A stretch of 64,000 nucleotides of DNA. Origin: Dehalococcoidia bacterium. GTDB taxonomy: Bacteria > Chloroflexota > Dehalococcoidia > E44-bin15. Position numbers and translations under genes: made by a program. The stretch lies in assembly GCA_035528575.1 (NCBI GenBank), contig DATKYK010000032.1, positions 7,163 to 71,162 on the forward strand. Reading direction: 5' to 3'. A model generated the notes under the pieces. That model saw only the letters and a list, made by a program, of their open reading frames with translations, made no database searches and was not told where the DNA came from. Below are positions 49,512 through 57,718 of the stretch, piece after piece (within the stretch, counting starts at the first letter, position 1; every line of letters begins with the position of its first letter).

Positions 49512-49985
49512 TTATGTTCCGTATGCTATTGCCATTTGCATTGCACGAAGAATCGGGAACCCCTCGGGGACTGCTTCCTTCATGGGGTGTTGCGAGCTAA
49601 GCTTTTTAGTATTCTTTTTTATAAATACTGGGATAAGTTCTATCTCGATATCCTGGCCCCAGTTAAGGTCTGCCTTGGTTGAATGAACGTATCCAACTAC
49701 TGCAATTCTTTTTATTTTACTGACTTTATGACCCAGGATGTCTTCATATTCTCTTGTAGTAAGTATGAATTTCTTATTTAGGAACTGACGTTTGCGTTCC
49801 TCCCATGAATTGGCATCTCCTGACGTTTCTATATGTATCAAGGTATTCTTGGATCGATCGTATGCCAACACGTCTAGCTCTACGTCATAGCCACCTTTTT
49901 TTCGCTTGCGCGTTCTCACGTTTGATCGGACGAAGTATCTATCATACTCATACCATTCAGCTACGAGCTGTTCTAAGAAGTTCAT
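49512..49985 (-). CDS. PD-(D/E)xK (Mrr/NucS-like) nuclease-fold protein (islet gene A)
   Basis: 157-aa ORF with an ATG 8 nt after AAGGAGGG. N-terminus: FLEQLVAEWYEY..YFV.....GGYDVELDVLAYD....LIHIETS, which is the helix, D, then ExS/K layout of restriction-endonuclease-like folds. Confidence 0.6.
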   Translation of the reverse strand: MNFLEQLVAEWYEYDRYFVRSNVRTRKRKKGGYDVELDVLAYDRSKNTLIHIETSGDANSWEERKRQFLNKKFILTTREYEDILGHKVSKIKRIAVVGYVHSTKADLNWGQDIEIELIPVFIKKNTKKLSSQHPMKEAVPEGFPILRAMQMAIAYGT

Positions 49986-50013
49986 TGATATACCCTCCTT
50001 TAGTATTAGATTG

Positions 50014-50045
50014 ATTATAGCATAGGAGTGTTACTTTCTTACCAG
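50014..50045 (-). promoter_or_regulatory. candidate extended -10 promoter of the islet operon
   Basis: On the minus strand, TGcTATAAT (the TATAAT is the complement of 50014-50019) lies about 25 nt upstream of the gene A SD. An A/T-rich region lies upstream of that. Confidence 0.4.
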
Positions 50046-50162
50046 AATTGCTTTCTATATCCTTATTCTGCTGTAAGCTAAATGCCACTTGGCCATGCTT
50101 AAATAACTCGCCCTATTCCCTCTCTCCCCAGAGAAGCAGCGTAGCCTTGCCTTGCCCGATGG

Positions 50163-50250
50163 GGCCTCGCTCTAGGCCTGGCAGCGGGCTATTTCCTCCG
50201 CGGACGCAAGCGCAACATAATATTCTTCCGCTAGCCCCCATTATGCTGAA
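50163..50250 (+). repeat. direct repeat, right copy (orphan rhomboid 3-prime fragment)
   Basis: Translates in frame to GLALGLAAGYFLRGRKRNIIFFR-stop, versus GLAIGLAAGYFFKSRKRNMPFFR-stop in the intact gene. No similarity continues upstream of 50163. Confidence 0.8.
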
Positions 50251-50419
50251 ATTATCCATACAGATGGGTAACACCATAAAATGATAGCATCCGCATCATC
50301 GCCATGAGCGAGTACCTGCTGAAGAGCGGAGCCGGTTCATCCAGCTTGACAGACAGCGCCCCTTGATATATTCTCCTCGCACACGAGACTCAACTGCGCA
50401 TTTCCTGAGGGAGGTAAAT

Positions 50420-51301
50420 ATGTTCGTTGATGCGATTGAGACGGTGGCAGCTTTCACACGCACTATTCATTCGATAAGCCGTAACTATGCATCTACCGAT
50501 GTCCAACCTGGTGCTGCGACCCTTTTCTTTGTCAATTCAGATGGCTGGGCGCTAACTTGTGCTCACGTAGCAAAGCAACTCCAGTTGGCAGAGGAAATCA
50601 ACAAGAAATACGAAGCATTCAAAAATGAATTGGCCTCTCGTAAGGGAGAAAAAACGGAGAAACAACTCCGAAAGGAGTTAGAGAGGAAATATGGCTATTC
50701 CAAGCGAACTACTGTTGAGCTTCGCAATCGCTTTATGAACTGTATTGAAGGCGAATTGAATATTGAAGCCCGTCTCCACCAGACGGTGGATATAGCACTA
50801 CTGAAATTCCAATCCTTTGATCAATTGTTGTGCAACAAGTTTCCGGTATTTCCAAAGGATACATCCGGTCTAAAGCAAGGCAAGTCTATTTGCCGGCTAG
50901 GCTTCCCATTTCCCGAATTTACCAACTTCACTTACGATAAAACTAATGATAGTATTCGCTGGACTCAAAGTGGGCGAATAGATACACCCCGTTTTCCTAT
51001 TGAAGGTATGGTGACCCGAAATGTTAAAGACAAGGGCGCTCTGGTTGCATTCGAGCTGAGCACACCAGGCCTGCGTGGACAAAGCGGTGGGCCAGCATTT
51101 GATGTAGATGGGAAGGTCTGGGGAATGCAGTCGCGTACGAGTCATCTCGATCTTGACTTCGATGTTGATCAAGAAGTGATACGAGGCGGTCTACCAAAGC
51201 GTGTTCAAGACAGCGCATTTCTACATGTAGGGATCTGCATACATGTAGATATCTTGAAATCCTTTATGCAGGATAATGGCGTTAATTTCAAAGAAGGATA
51301 A
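50420..51301 (+). CDS. cytoplasmic trypsin-like (S1/chymotrypsin-fold) serine protease
   Basis: Start at the ATG 7 nt after GGGAGG (MFVDAIETV..). Triad candidates: TCAHV (His), VDIALLKF (Asp), GLRGQSGGPAF (Ser). No signal peptide. A charged helical insert lies between His and Asp. AT-rich. Confidence 0.8.
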   Translation: MFVDAIETVAAFTRTIHSISRNYASTDVQPGAATLFFVNSDGWALTCAHVAKQLQLAEEINKKYEAFKNELASRKGEKTEKQLRKELERKYGYSKRTTVELRNRFMNCIEGELNIEARLHQTVDIALLKFQSFDQLLCNKFPVFPKDTSGLKQGKSICRLGFPFPEFTNFTYDKTNDSIRWTQSGRIDTPRFPIEGMVTRNVKDKGALVAFELSTPGLRGQSGGPAFDVDGKVWGMQSRTSHLDLDFDVDQEVIRGGLPKRVQDSAFLHVGICIHVDILKSFMQDNGVNFKEG

Positions 51302-51370
51302 GCAACCCATTGACAATAGACACCTAACCCCCTGGGTGCGACCGACCGCTAATGGGTGGCTTATAGAATT

Positions 51371-51884
51371 TCAGTCTAACAACCCCCCACTCAACTCCTC
51401 CCTCCCCTCGCACTGCTGGCACTGGGGAGGCAGCGCCCACAGGGGCCGCACCCTCAGCGAAACGCCGGCCCGTTTTAGCATCCCCGCCAGGGTGCAGAGC
51501 GGGAGCCCCACCACGTTGAGGTAGCAGCCATCCACCCGCTCCGCCGGCTTGAAATACGGGTCCTGGATGCCGTATGCCCCGGCCTTATCCAAAGCGTCAC
51601 CTGAAGCTATGTAGGCAGCGACCTCCTCATCGGAGTAGCGGCGCATGGTGACTGTAGTTGTAGCGTGGCCTACATACGAGTGCCCTCCACTCAGCACCGC
51701 GACGCCGGTGATAACGGTGTGCTCCCCTCCCCGCAGAAGACACAGCATATCGCAGGCCTCCTCAGCATCGCGGGGCTTTCCCAATATGGTGCCGTCATGG
51801 ACAACGATTGTATCAGCGGCAACCACCGTTTGCCCCCCATTTGCCCCTGAAATCGCCTCTGCCTTTTTCAGCGCCAGTCGCTCC
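51371..51884 (-). pseudogene. truncated Maf-like fragment (copy of the 3-prime part of the rlmD-maf gene)
   Basis: 51397-51884 is a direct repeat of 53582-54069, roughly 94% identical by eye. It lacks the Maf N-terminal motif (LASASPRR) and has an unrelated N-terminal 20 aa in the 192-aa ORF. Confidence 0.8.
51397..51884. repeat. 488-bp direct repeat, left copy
   Basis: Aligns to 53582-54069 at a constant offset of 2185 bp at both ends. Confidence 0.9.
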
Positions 51885-52026
51885 GCTGCTTTGCGCGCTT
51901 GTAAGTTTAACTCTATGAAGAGTACAATAACCAGGGACAGGGCAGTCACTTATAGGTAGTTCGGTGAGTCAAGGGATGATTGTGGCTCAGGTTCTAGTAA
52001 TCGAAGAGAATTGAGAAGGAACAAAA

Positions 52027-53400
52027 GTGAAAATCAACTATAATATTATCAGGACCTTGCGCTGCAAAAACGCTAATATTCCGGGCACATTGGGCCAGTT
52101 GACGACAGTCATTGGTAGAACTGGCTCAGAGATTAGAAACATATCAACCGTCCATCTGGGGCATCATTATACCGTGAGGGACATTGAGGTACTCATTGAG
52201 AACGCAAAACACCTTGAACAACTAGTAAAAGAAATATCTGAGATTGGAGGTGTATCAGTTCTCCAAGTCAGAGATGATGTACTCGAACTTCACAAGAACG
52301 GAAAAATCAAGATGATAAGCACTGTTCCCGTCAACTCTCTGGATGACCTCTACAGGGTCTATACCCCAGGGGTGGCCGAGGTATGTAGGCTGATAATGGA
52401 GCAGGAGAGCTTGAAGTATACGTACACCAATATTGGCCATTCAGTAGCTATTGTTACCGATGGGTCTGCCGTCCTCGGATGGGGCAATATCGGCTCTGTG
52501 GCAGGAATGCCGGTTATGGAAGGGAAAGCTGCTCTGCTCCAGCAGCTGGTGGGGATTAGCGGAATACCTATCCTATTAGACAGTACCGATCCTGATGAGA
52601 TCGTGGAAACAGTGAAACATATTGCTCCTACATTTGGCGGAATACAGTTAGAAGACATAGCATCACCACGTTGTTTTTCTATTGAAGATAGGCTAAAGAA
52701 AGAGCTGAGTATTCCTGTTATGCACGATGACCAGCATGGCACCGCTGTGGTAACGTTGGCAGCTTTGATCAATGCGTGCAGGCTCAGCGGTATCACGCTC
52801 GAGGAGGCAAGGATTGGACTCATTGGTCTGGGTGCTGCTGGTCTTTCCATAGGCAGGTTTCTCTTGCGATACACGGGTAATCCTACGTTTGGCGTGGCGA
52901 AAACGGAGGCCAGTAAAAAACGACATGCTGAGCATGGAGGTATTCCTTCCAGCCTTAGCGAAATAATGGAAACGGCTGATATAGTTATCGCTACTACCGG
53001 TGTAGTGGACCTAATAAAGCCCGAGATGGTAAGACGTGGCCAGATTATTTTCGCGCTATCTAATCCGTATCCAGAAATCACTGCGGAGCTTGCCATAGCA
53101 TCTGGTGCCACTTTCGCTGTCGATGGTAGGACAGTGAATAACCTGCTGGGCTATCCTGGGATTTGGCGGGGAACACTAGATGCAGAAGCTACCGAGATCA
53201 ATTACGAGATGTACAAAGCTGCAGCTCTAGCTATTGCAGGTGAGGCACATCAGGATGAAATTGTACCTAAGTTGTTAGATCCCAAGGTACACCTGGCGGT
53301 GACTCATAGCGTGGCGAAGGCTGCTATAGAATCGGGCGTTGCTGAGCGCCAACTTGACGAGGATTACTTTGAAGATACCGATTTTATAGGACCTTTTTAA
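52027..53400 (+). CDS. NAD(P)-dependent malic enzyme with N-terminal ACT-like domain
   Basis: 457-aa ORF with a GTG start. Motifs: YTPGVAEVC, VAIVTDGSAVLGWGNIG, GIQLEDI, DDQHGTAVV, GLGAAG. Confidence 0.9.
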   Translation: MKINYNIIRTLRCKNANIPGTLGQLTTVIGRTGSEIRNISTVHLGHHYTVRDIEVLIENAKHLEQLVKEISEIGGVSVLQVRDDVLELHKNGKIKMISTVPVNSLDDLYRVYTPGVAEVCRLIMEQESLKYTYTNIGHSVAIVTDGSAVLGWGNIGSVAGMPVMEGKAALLQQLVGISGIPILLDSTDPDEIVETVKHIAPTFGGIQLEDIASPRCFSIEDRLKKELSIPVMHDDQHGTAVVTLAALINACRLSGITLEEARIGLIGLGAAGLSIGRFLLRYTGNPTFGVAKTEASKKRHAEHGGIPSSLSEIMETADIVIATTGVVDLIKPEMVRRGQIIFALSNPYPEITAELAIASGATFAVDGRTVNNLLGYPGIWRGTLDAEATEINYEMYKAAALAIAGEAHQDEIVPKLLDPKVHLAVTHSVAKAAIESGVAERQLDEDYFEDTDFIGPF

Positions 53401-53438
53401 GGATATAGTATGCCATACGAAATGACTGTTTATAATAA

Positions 53439-53512
53439 GAGATTGCTGCTGAAATAGTCTCAATCAACCCCCAGCCCCGATATAATCGGGGCGCCTCTTT
53501 TTCAGCAATCTC
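53439..53512 (-). repeat. short copy of the dispersed MITE/REP-like repeat with terminal inverted repeats
   Basis: GAGATTGCTGCTGAAATAGTCTCAATCAACCCCCAGCCCCGATATAATCGGGGCGCCTCTTTTTCAGCAATCTC. The ends GAGATTGCTG..AAA and TTT..CAGCAATCTC are inverted repeats. Confidence 0.8.
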
Positions 53513-53561
53513 AAAATATTAACCATAACCAGAACTTCACCTCTATAAGCAACCACTTCGT

Positions 53562-55370
53562 TCATAACCTACCACACAATGCCTCCCTCCCCTCGCACTG
53601 CTGGCACTGTGTCGGCAGCGCCCACAGGGGCCGCGCCCGCAGCGGAACGCCAGCCTCCCTTAGCATCCCCGCCAGGGTGCAGAGCGGGAGCCCCACCACG
53701 TTGAGGTAGCAGCCATCCACCCGCTCCGCCGGCTTGAAATACCGGTCCTGGATGCCGTATGCCCCGGCCTTGTCCAAAGCGTCACCTGAAGCGATGTAGG
53801 CCGCGATCTCATCATCGGAGTAGCGGCGCATGGTGACTGTAGTTGTAGCGTGGCCTACATACGAGTGCCCTCCACTCAGCACCGCGACGCCGGTGATAAC
53901 GATGTGCTCCCCTCCCCGCAGACGACACAGCATATCGCGTGCCTCCTCAGCATCGCGGGGCTTTCCCAATATGGTGCCGTCATGGACAACGATTGTATCG
54001 GCGGCAACCACCGTTTGTGGCCCCTTCGCCCCTGAAATCGCCTCTGCCTTTTTCAGCGCCAGTCGCTCCACCACCCGCTCCACATCTTCCGCACTGGCAG
54101 GTAGAGCCTCATCCCCAGGTGGGGCAACCGCCTCGAAATCCAGACCCAGGGCAAAAAGAAGCTCGCGGCGGCGCGGCGATGCTGATGCCAGCACCAGCCC
54201 GGGCGATACATCGCCCCGCACCAGGGTGGCGACGCACTCCACGTGGTAGGTCTGGGGGAACATATCCACCGGCTGCACCGCCACCAGGCGATAGCCCCCC
54301 TGACATAATATCTCAAGGTCGCGCGCCAGGGTCGCTGGCTCGCAGGAGACATAGATGAGCCTCTGCGGTGAAAGCTGAATAAGTGCGGCGAGCGCCCTGC
54401 GGCGGCAGCCCGCGCGAGGCGGGTCGAGGATGGCGACATCGGGAACCACCTCAAGCTGTGGCAGCACCTCCTCTGCCCTCCCCTGGAGCATTTCAATGTT
54501 ATCCAGCCCGGCCATATTCTCTGCGGCATCCTTTACTGCCGCTGCCGAGTCCTCGATGGAGATCACCCTGCCGACCAGGGGGGCGAGCAGAGCGGCGAAG
54601 GTGCCCACCCCGGCGAAGACATCGATTAGAAGCCCCGTGCCATCGGGATGGAGATAGTCACGGAGCAGCTCGACCAGCCTCTCCGCCTGTGGTGTATTCA
54701 CCTGGAAGAAGGAGGGGGAGGCGATGCGAAAGCGCCGCCCCAAGAGCTCCTCCTCATAGCTGGGCTGTCCCGATTCGATTACAGGAAGCTCCGGCTGGAT
54801 GAGCCGCTCCCCGGTATTAACCCCGTAGCGCATCGCCACCTGGCTGGCACCGGCACACCTCCCCTGCAGCGTGGCGAGAGTGGAGTTGATCCAGGGGGTC
54901 ATCAGGTGGCATAGATCGACGGGGATAAAATCACCGGTATTTTTGTGGACAAAGCCCAGCTGCCCCAGGGGGTTAACGGAGAAGCGGGCGTGATTTCGGT
55001 AGTACCACGGCTCGGGGGAGGGCAGGGTTTCCAGCACCGGGGCGTCGGGTAGATTGCCCCGCTCCATAAGCTTCCGCTCCACCATCCCCCTCTTGAGCGC
55101 CAGTTGAAAGGGGTAATCGATATGCTGCCACTGGCAGCCGCTGCACCTGCCGAAGTTCGGGCAGCGGGGCGCTATGCGGTGGGGCGACTCCGTTATAAGC
55201 TCCACCACCTCGCCCACAATATGGCGCTTCCCCCGCTTACCCAGCACCACGGCCTCCTCGCCGGGGATGCCGTTGGCGGCGAACACCAGCTCACCATCGT
55301 GCCGGGCGAGGGCGTCGCCCTGCGGCGCGATGTCGGTGAATTTTACCCTCAGCCGCTCCTCTGGAACCAT
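53562..55370 (-). CDS. fusion protein: RlmD/RumA-type 23S rRNA (uracil-C5)-methyltransferase plus Maf nucleoside-triphosphate pyrophosphatase
   Basis: 602-aa ORF. Has an N-terminal TRAM-like domain, an Fe-S Cys cluster (CPNFGRCSGCQWQH) and a SAM MTase core (DVFAGVGTF, ILDPPRAG, YVSCEP). The C-terminal roughly 200 aa is Maf (LVLASASPRRRELL...VVAADTIVV..G.ILGKP...AGAYGIQD). Confidence 0.88.
   Translation of the reverse strand: MVPEERLRVKFTDIAPQGDALARHDGELVFAANGIPGEEAVVLGKRGKRHIVGEVVELITESPHRIAPRCPNFGRCSGCQWQHIDYPFQLALKRGMVERKLMERGNLPDAPVLETLPSPEPWYYRNHARFSVNPLGQLGFVHKNTGDFIPVDLCHLMTPWINSTLATLQGRCAGASQVAMRYGVNTGERLIQPELPVIESGQPSYEEELLGRRFRIASPSFFQVNTPQAERLVELLRDYLHPDGTGLLIDVFAGVGTFAALLAPLVGRVISIEDSAAAVKDAAENMAGLDNIEMLQGRAEEVLPQLEVVPDVAILDPPRAGCRRRALAALIQLSPQRLIYVSCEPATLARDLEILCQGGYRLVAVQPVDMFPQTYHVECVATLVRGDVSPGLVLASASPRRRELLFALGLDFEAVAPPGDEALPASAEDVERVVERLALKKAEAISGAKGPQTVVAADTIVVHDGTILGKPRDAEEARDMLCRLRGGEHIVITGVAVLSGGHSYVGHATTTVTMRRYSDDEIAAYIASGDALDKAGAYGIQDRYFKPAERVDGCYLNVVGLPLCTLAGMLREAGVPLRARPLWALPTQCQQCEGREALCGRL
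53582..54069. repeat. 488-bp direct repeat, right copy (inside the intact maf domain)
   Basis: See 51397-51884. Confidence 0.9.
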
Positions 55371-55517
55371 TTTCTAGACCTCATCTTTGCGCTATTAAAA
55401 TCAAGCCTGTACCCTTCATACTTAGTCATCCCAAGGGCTCTTTAGCAGAAACCCGATATCCGCCACTCATTCTACTGCCCTAAAAGGCAACTTTCTTTTG
55501 TCATATTCGACTCTTTA

Positions 55518-55622
55518 GAGATTTCTGAAATAGTCCCAATCAACCCCCTAAGTCCCCCAATCTTGGGGGACTTTTTTTAAAGCGGCCCCGATATAATCGG
55601 GGCACCTCTTTTTCAGCAGTCT
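55518..55622 (-). repeat. full-length copy of the dispersed MITE/REP-like repeat with terminal inverted repeats
   Basis: GAGATTTCTGAAATAGTCCCAATCAACCCCCTAAGTCCCCCAATCTTGGGGGAC..GCGGCCCCGATATAATCGGGGCACCTCTTTTTCAGCAGTCTC. It is the reverse complement of the 32.8-kb and 58.1-kb copies. Confidence 0.85.
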
Positions 55623-55729
55623 CCTTCATACAACCGCTTTAAATTATAGTGGCTTCCTCCAGTATAAAAAAGTCGCCTCCCCATTGCGAGAACGGAGAAG
55701 CGACTAAATCGAACAGTTTGGGTAAAGGG

Positions 55730-57718
55730 TTACTTAGACCGGCTATAGGCACCGGCGGCAAACTCCTCATCGGAGGCATAATCGCCGGGGAGGTAGGTAT
55801 CGCTCTTAGCATACCGGGTGGGATTGTATACCTCCAGCTTAAGCGCTGCCCTCTTGGCATCGATATGCTCCAGCGCCTCCTTCACCGCCTTTTTATGATC
55901 CGGCTCGAAGTAATAGGCTGCGCCCACCTTCTCCTTCCAACCCTCGGTAATTATCCGGGTAACCGCTTCACTGCCGGCAACGGGAGAGCCTACCCCCATC
56001 CAGGTGGTAACGCCGGAGGCAACAAAGTAGGCTCCAATAGAAAGGGCCTTCTCGCTCATCCACTCCGGGGCAAAGCCGGCTACCGGAAGGTCGCTGATGT
56101 CCTCGCCGAGCCCGCCTTCATTGGCACACTGGGCAAGCACGGTGAGGATCCGCGTGTTATCGACGCAGGAGCCCATATGGAGCACCGGCGGGATGCCGAT
56201 CGTCTGGCACACCTCCCTGAGCCCTGGCCCGGCGAAGTCCATCACCTCCGCGGTGAGCAGTCCCTGCTTGGCGCAGGCGATGGCGTTGCAGCCAGTGGTC
56301 ACCACCAGCACGTCGTTTTTGAGCAGCTCCTTCACAATGTAAAGATGGGGATCATCCTGGGTGACCCTGGGGTTGTTACAGCCAACAACGCCGGCGGCGC
56401 CTCGAATCCTCCCCGCCATAATTGCATCGTTCAAGGGGCGGAAGGACTCGCGGTAGATACCTCCCTGCATATAGGCGATATACTCATGGGAGAAGCCGGC
56501 TATCAGGTGGTCGACATAATCAGGGATAAGCATCTTCTTTTTATCCCGATTGGGGAAATTATCGATGGCCACTCTAATGATCTGCTTCGCGATCTCCAGG
56601 GCTTTATGCTCATTGAACTCCATGCGCACCGCCCCGGTTATATGGGCCTTTGGCGAAGTGGTGATAAGCTTGGTATGGTAATGGTCGGCGACCTCCTGCA
56701 GCCCCTGCATGATACACTGGATGTCCACCACCATGGCCTCTATCGCCCCGGTAACGATGACCAGTTCCTGGGAAAGGAAATTGCCCACCACAGGGATCCC
56801 CTGTCGCATCAGGATCTCGTTGGCGGTGCAGCAGATGCCCATCAGGTTTATCCCCTTTGCCCCCTTGGACTTGGCATATTCGATAAGCTCGGGGTCGCTG
56901 GAAGCAACCACGATCATCTCGGAGAGGGTGGGCTCGTGACCGTGCACCACCACATTCACCTCATCCTCCTTCAGGCCGCCAAAATTGCTCCTGGCAGCCA
57001 CCGGCCCCGGGGTGCCGAAGAGGATGTCGCTAATATCGGTGGAGAGCATCGAGCCCCCCCAGCCATCGCCGAGGGCGGTTCTCATGGCATGGTCAAGAAT
57101 ATGCTCGGCGTCCTGGTCATTCCCCATGTGGGTGCGATGGAGGGTCTCCACGACCTCTCGGTCGATGCCTCTGGGGGTAATGCCCAGCTTTTTCCAGATT
57201 TCCTGGCGCTTTTGCGGAGCGCGCTTGACATAGAGGATCTCCCCCTCCTGGCGACCGAACTCGGCAAGCGCCTTTCGGCCCACCTCGAGGGCAAGCTCTT
57301 CTTTGCTTTTCCCCTCCGCTTCCACCTCCAGATAGCGGGCCACCGCCCTAAGCTTCTTCTCATCCTTTATCTTGTAATCGGGGGCCTCCCCTTCAGCTGC
57401 GGCGATAAGGGTGTGCGCCATGTCGCGGCCGTGGTCGGAGTGGGCTGCCGCCCCGGCAGCGATCTCCCGAGCCAGGTTCCTTGCCGCTACGGTCTCCTTG
57501 GTCGCCCCGCAGACCCCAACCGTTGTCTTGCCGGTGAGGCGGCAGGGTCCCATGAAGCAAATCTTACAGCAACTTCCCTCATGCCCGATAGGGCAGGGCT
57601 TGGTGGTCTGCGCCCGCTCGAAGGCGGTGGAGATTCCCTCAGCCTCCGCCTTGTCCAGGATCTCGATTACCGCCGGGTCTATGGTCCTCTTCTTGGATTC
57701 CTTCTTCTCTTCGGTCAT
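55730..57718 (-). CDS. cooS: anaerobic Ni-dependent carbon-monoxide dehydrogenase, catalytic subunit
   Basis: 662-aa ORF with N-terminal cluster motifs (KPCPIGHEGSCCKICFMGPCRL ... VCGA), a HGHEP-type region (VVHGHEP) and CooS length. The 800-aa plus-strand ORF is its antisense shadow. Confidence 0.92.
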   Translation of the reverse strand: MTEEKKESKKRTIDPAVIEILDKAEAEGISTAFERAQTTKPCPIGHEGSCCKICFMGPCRLTGKTTVGVCGATKETVAARNLAREIAAGAAAHSDHGRDMAHTLIAAAEGEAPDYKIKDEKKLRAVARYLEVEAEGKSKEELALEVGRKALAEFGRQEGEILYVKRAPQKRQEIWKKLGITPRGIDREVVETLHRTHMGNDQDAEHILDHAMRTALGDGWGGSMLSTDISDILFGTPGPVAARSNFGGLKEDEVNVVVHGHEPTLSEMIVVASSDPELIEYAKSKGAKGINLMGICCTANEILMRQGIPVVGNFLSQELVIVTGAIEAMVVDIQCIMQGLQEVADHYHTKLITTSPKAHITGAVRMEFNEHKALEIAKQIIRVAIDNFPNRDKKKMLIPDYVDHLIAGFSHEYIAYMQGGIYRESFRPLNDAIMAGRIRGAAGVVGCNNPRVTQDDPHLYIVKELLKNDVLVVTTGCNAIACAKQGLLTAEVMDFAGPGLREVCQTIGIPPVLHMGSCVDNTRILTVLAQCANEGGLGEDISDLPVAGFAPEWMSEKALSIGAYFVASGVTTWMGVGSPVAGSEAVTRIITEGWKEKVGAAYYFEPDHKKAVKEALEHIDAKRAALKLEVYNPTRYAKSDTYLPGDYASDEEFAAGAYSRSK

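Larger units (their letters stand above)
47593..50162. mobile_element. AT-rich 2.6-kb islet inserted at the 3-prime end of the rhomboid gene, carrying a three-gene nuclease/glycosylase-like operon
   Basis: Flanked by the 88-bp direct repeats. Composition is visibly more AT-rich than the flanks. All three genes lie on the minus strand with their own promoter-like element. No integrase or transposase. Confidence 0.55.

Noticed and set aside
49986-50162. Search for an integrase, transposase or TIRs at the borders of the 47.6-50.2 kb islet.
   Set aside because: None was found by eye. Mobility is therefore inferred only from the direct repeats and the composition.
50048-50284. 78-aa plus-strand ORF over the orphan rhomboid fragment.
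   Set aside because: It is in a different frame from the rhomboid-like reading and spans the islet promoter region. It is best explained as chance.
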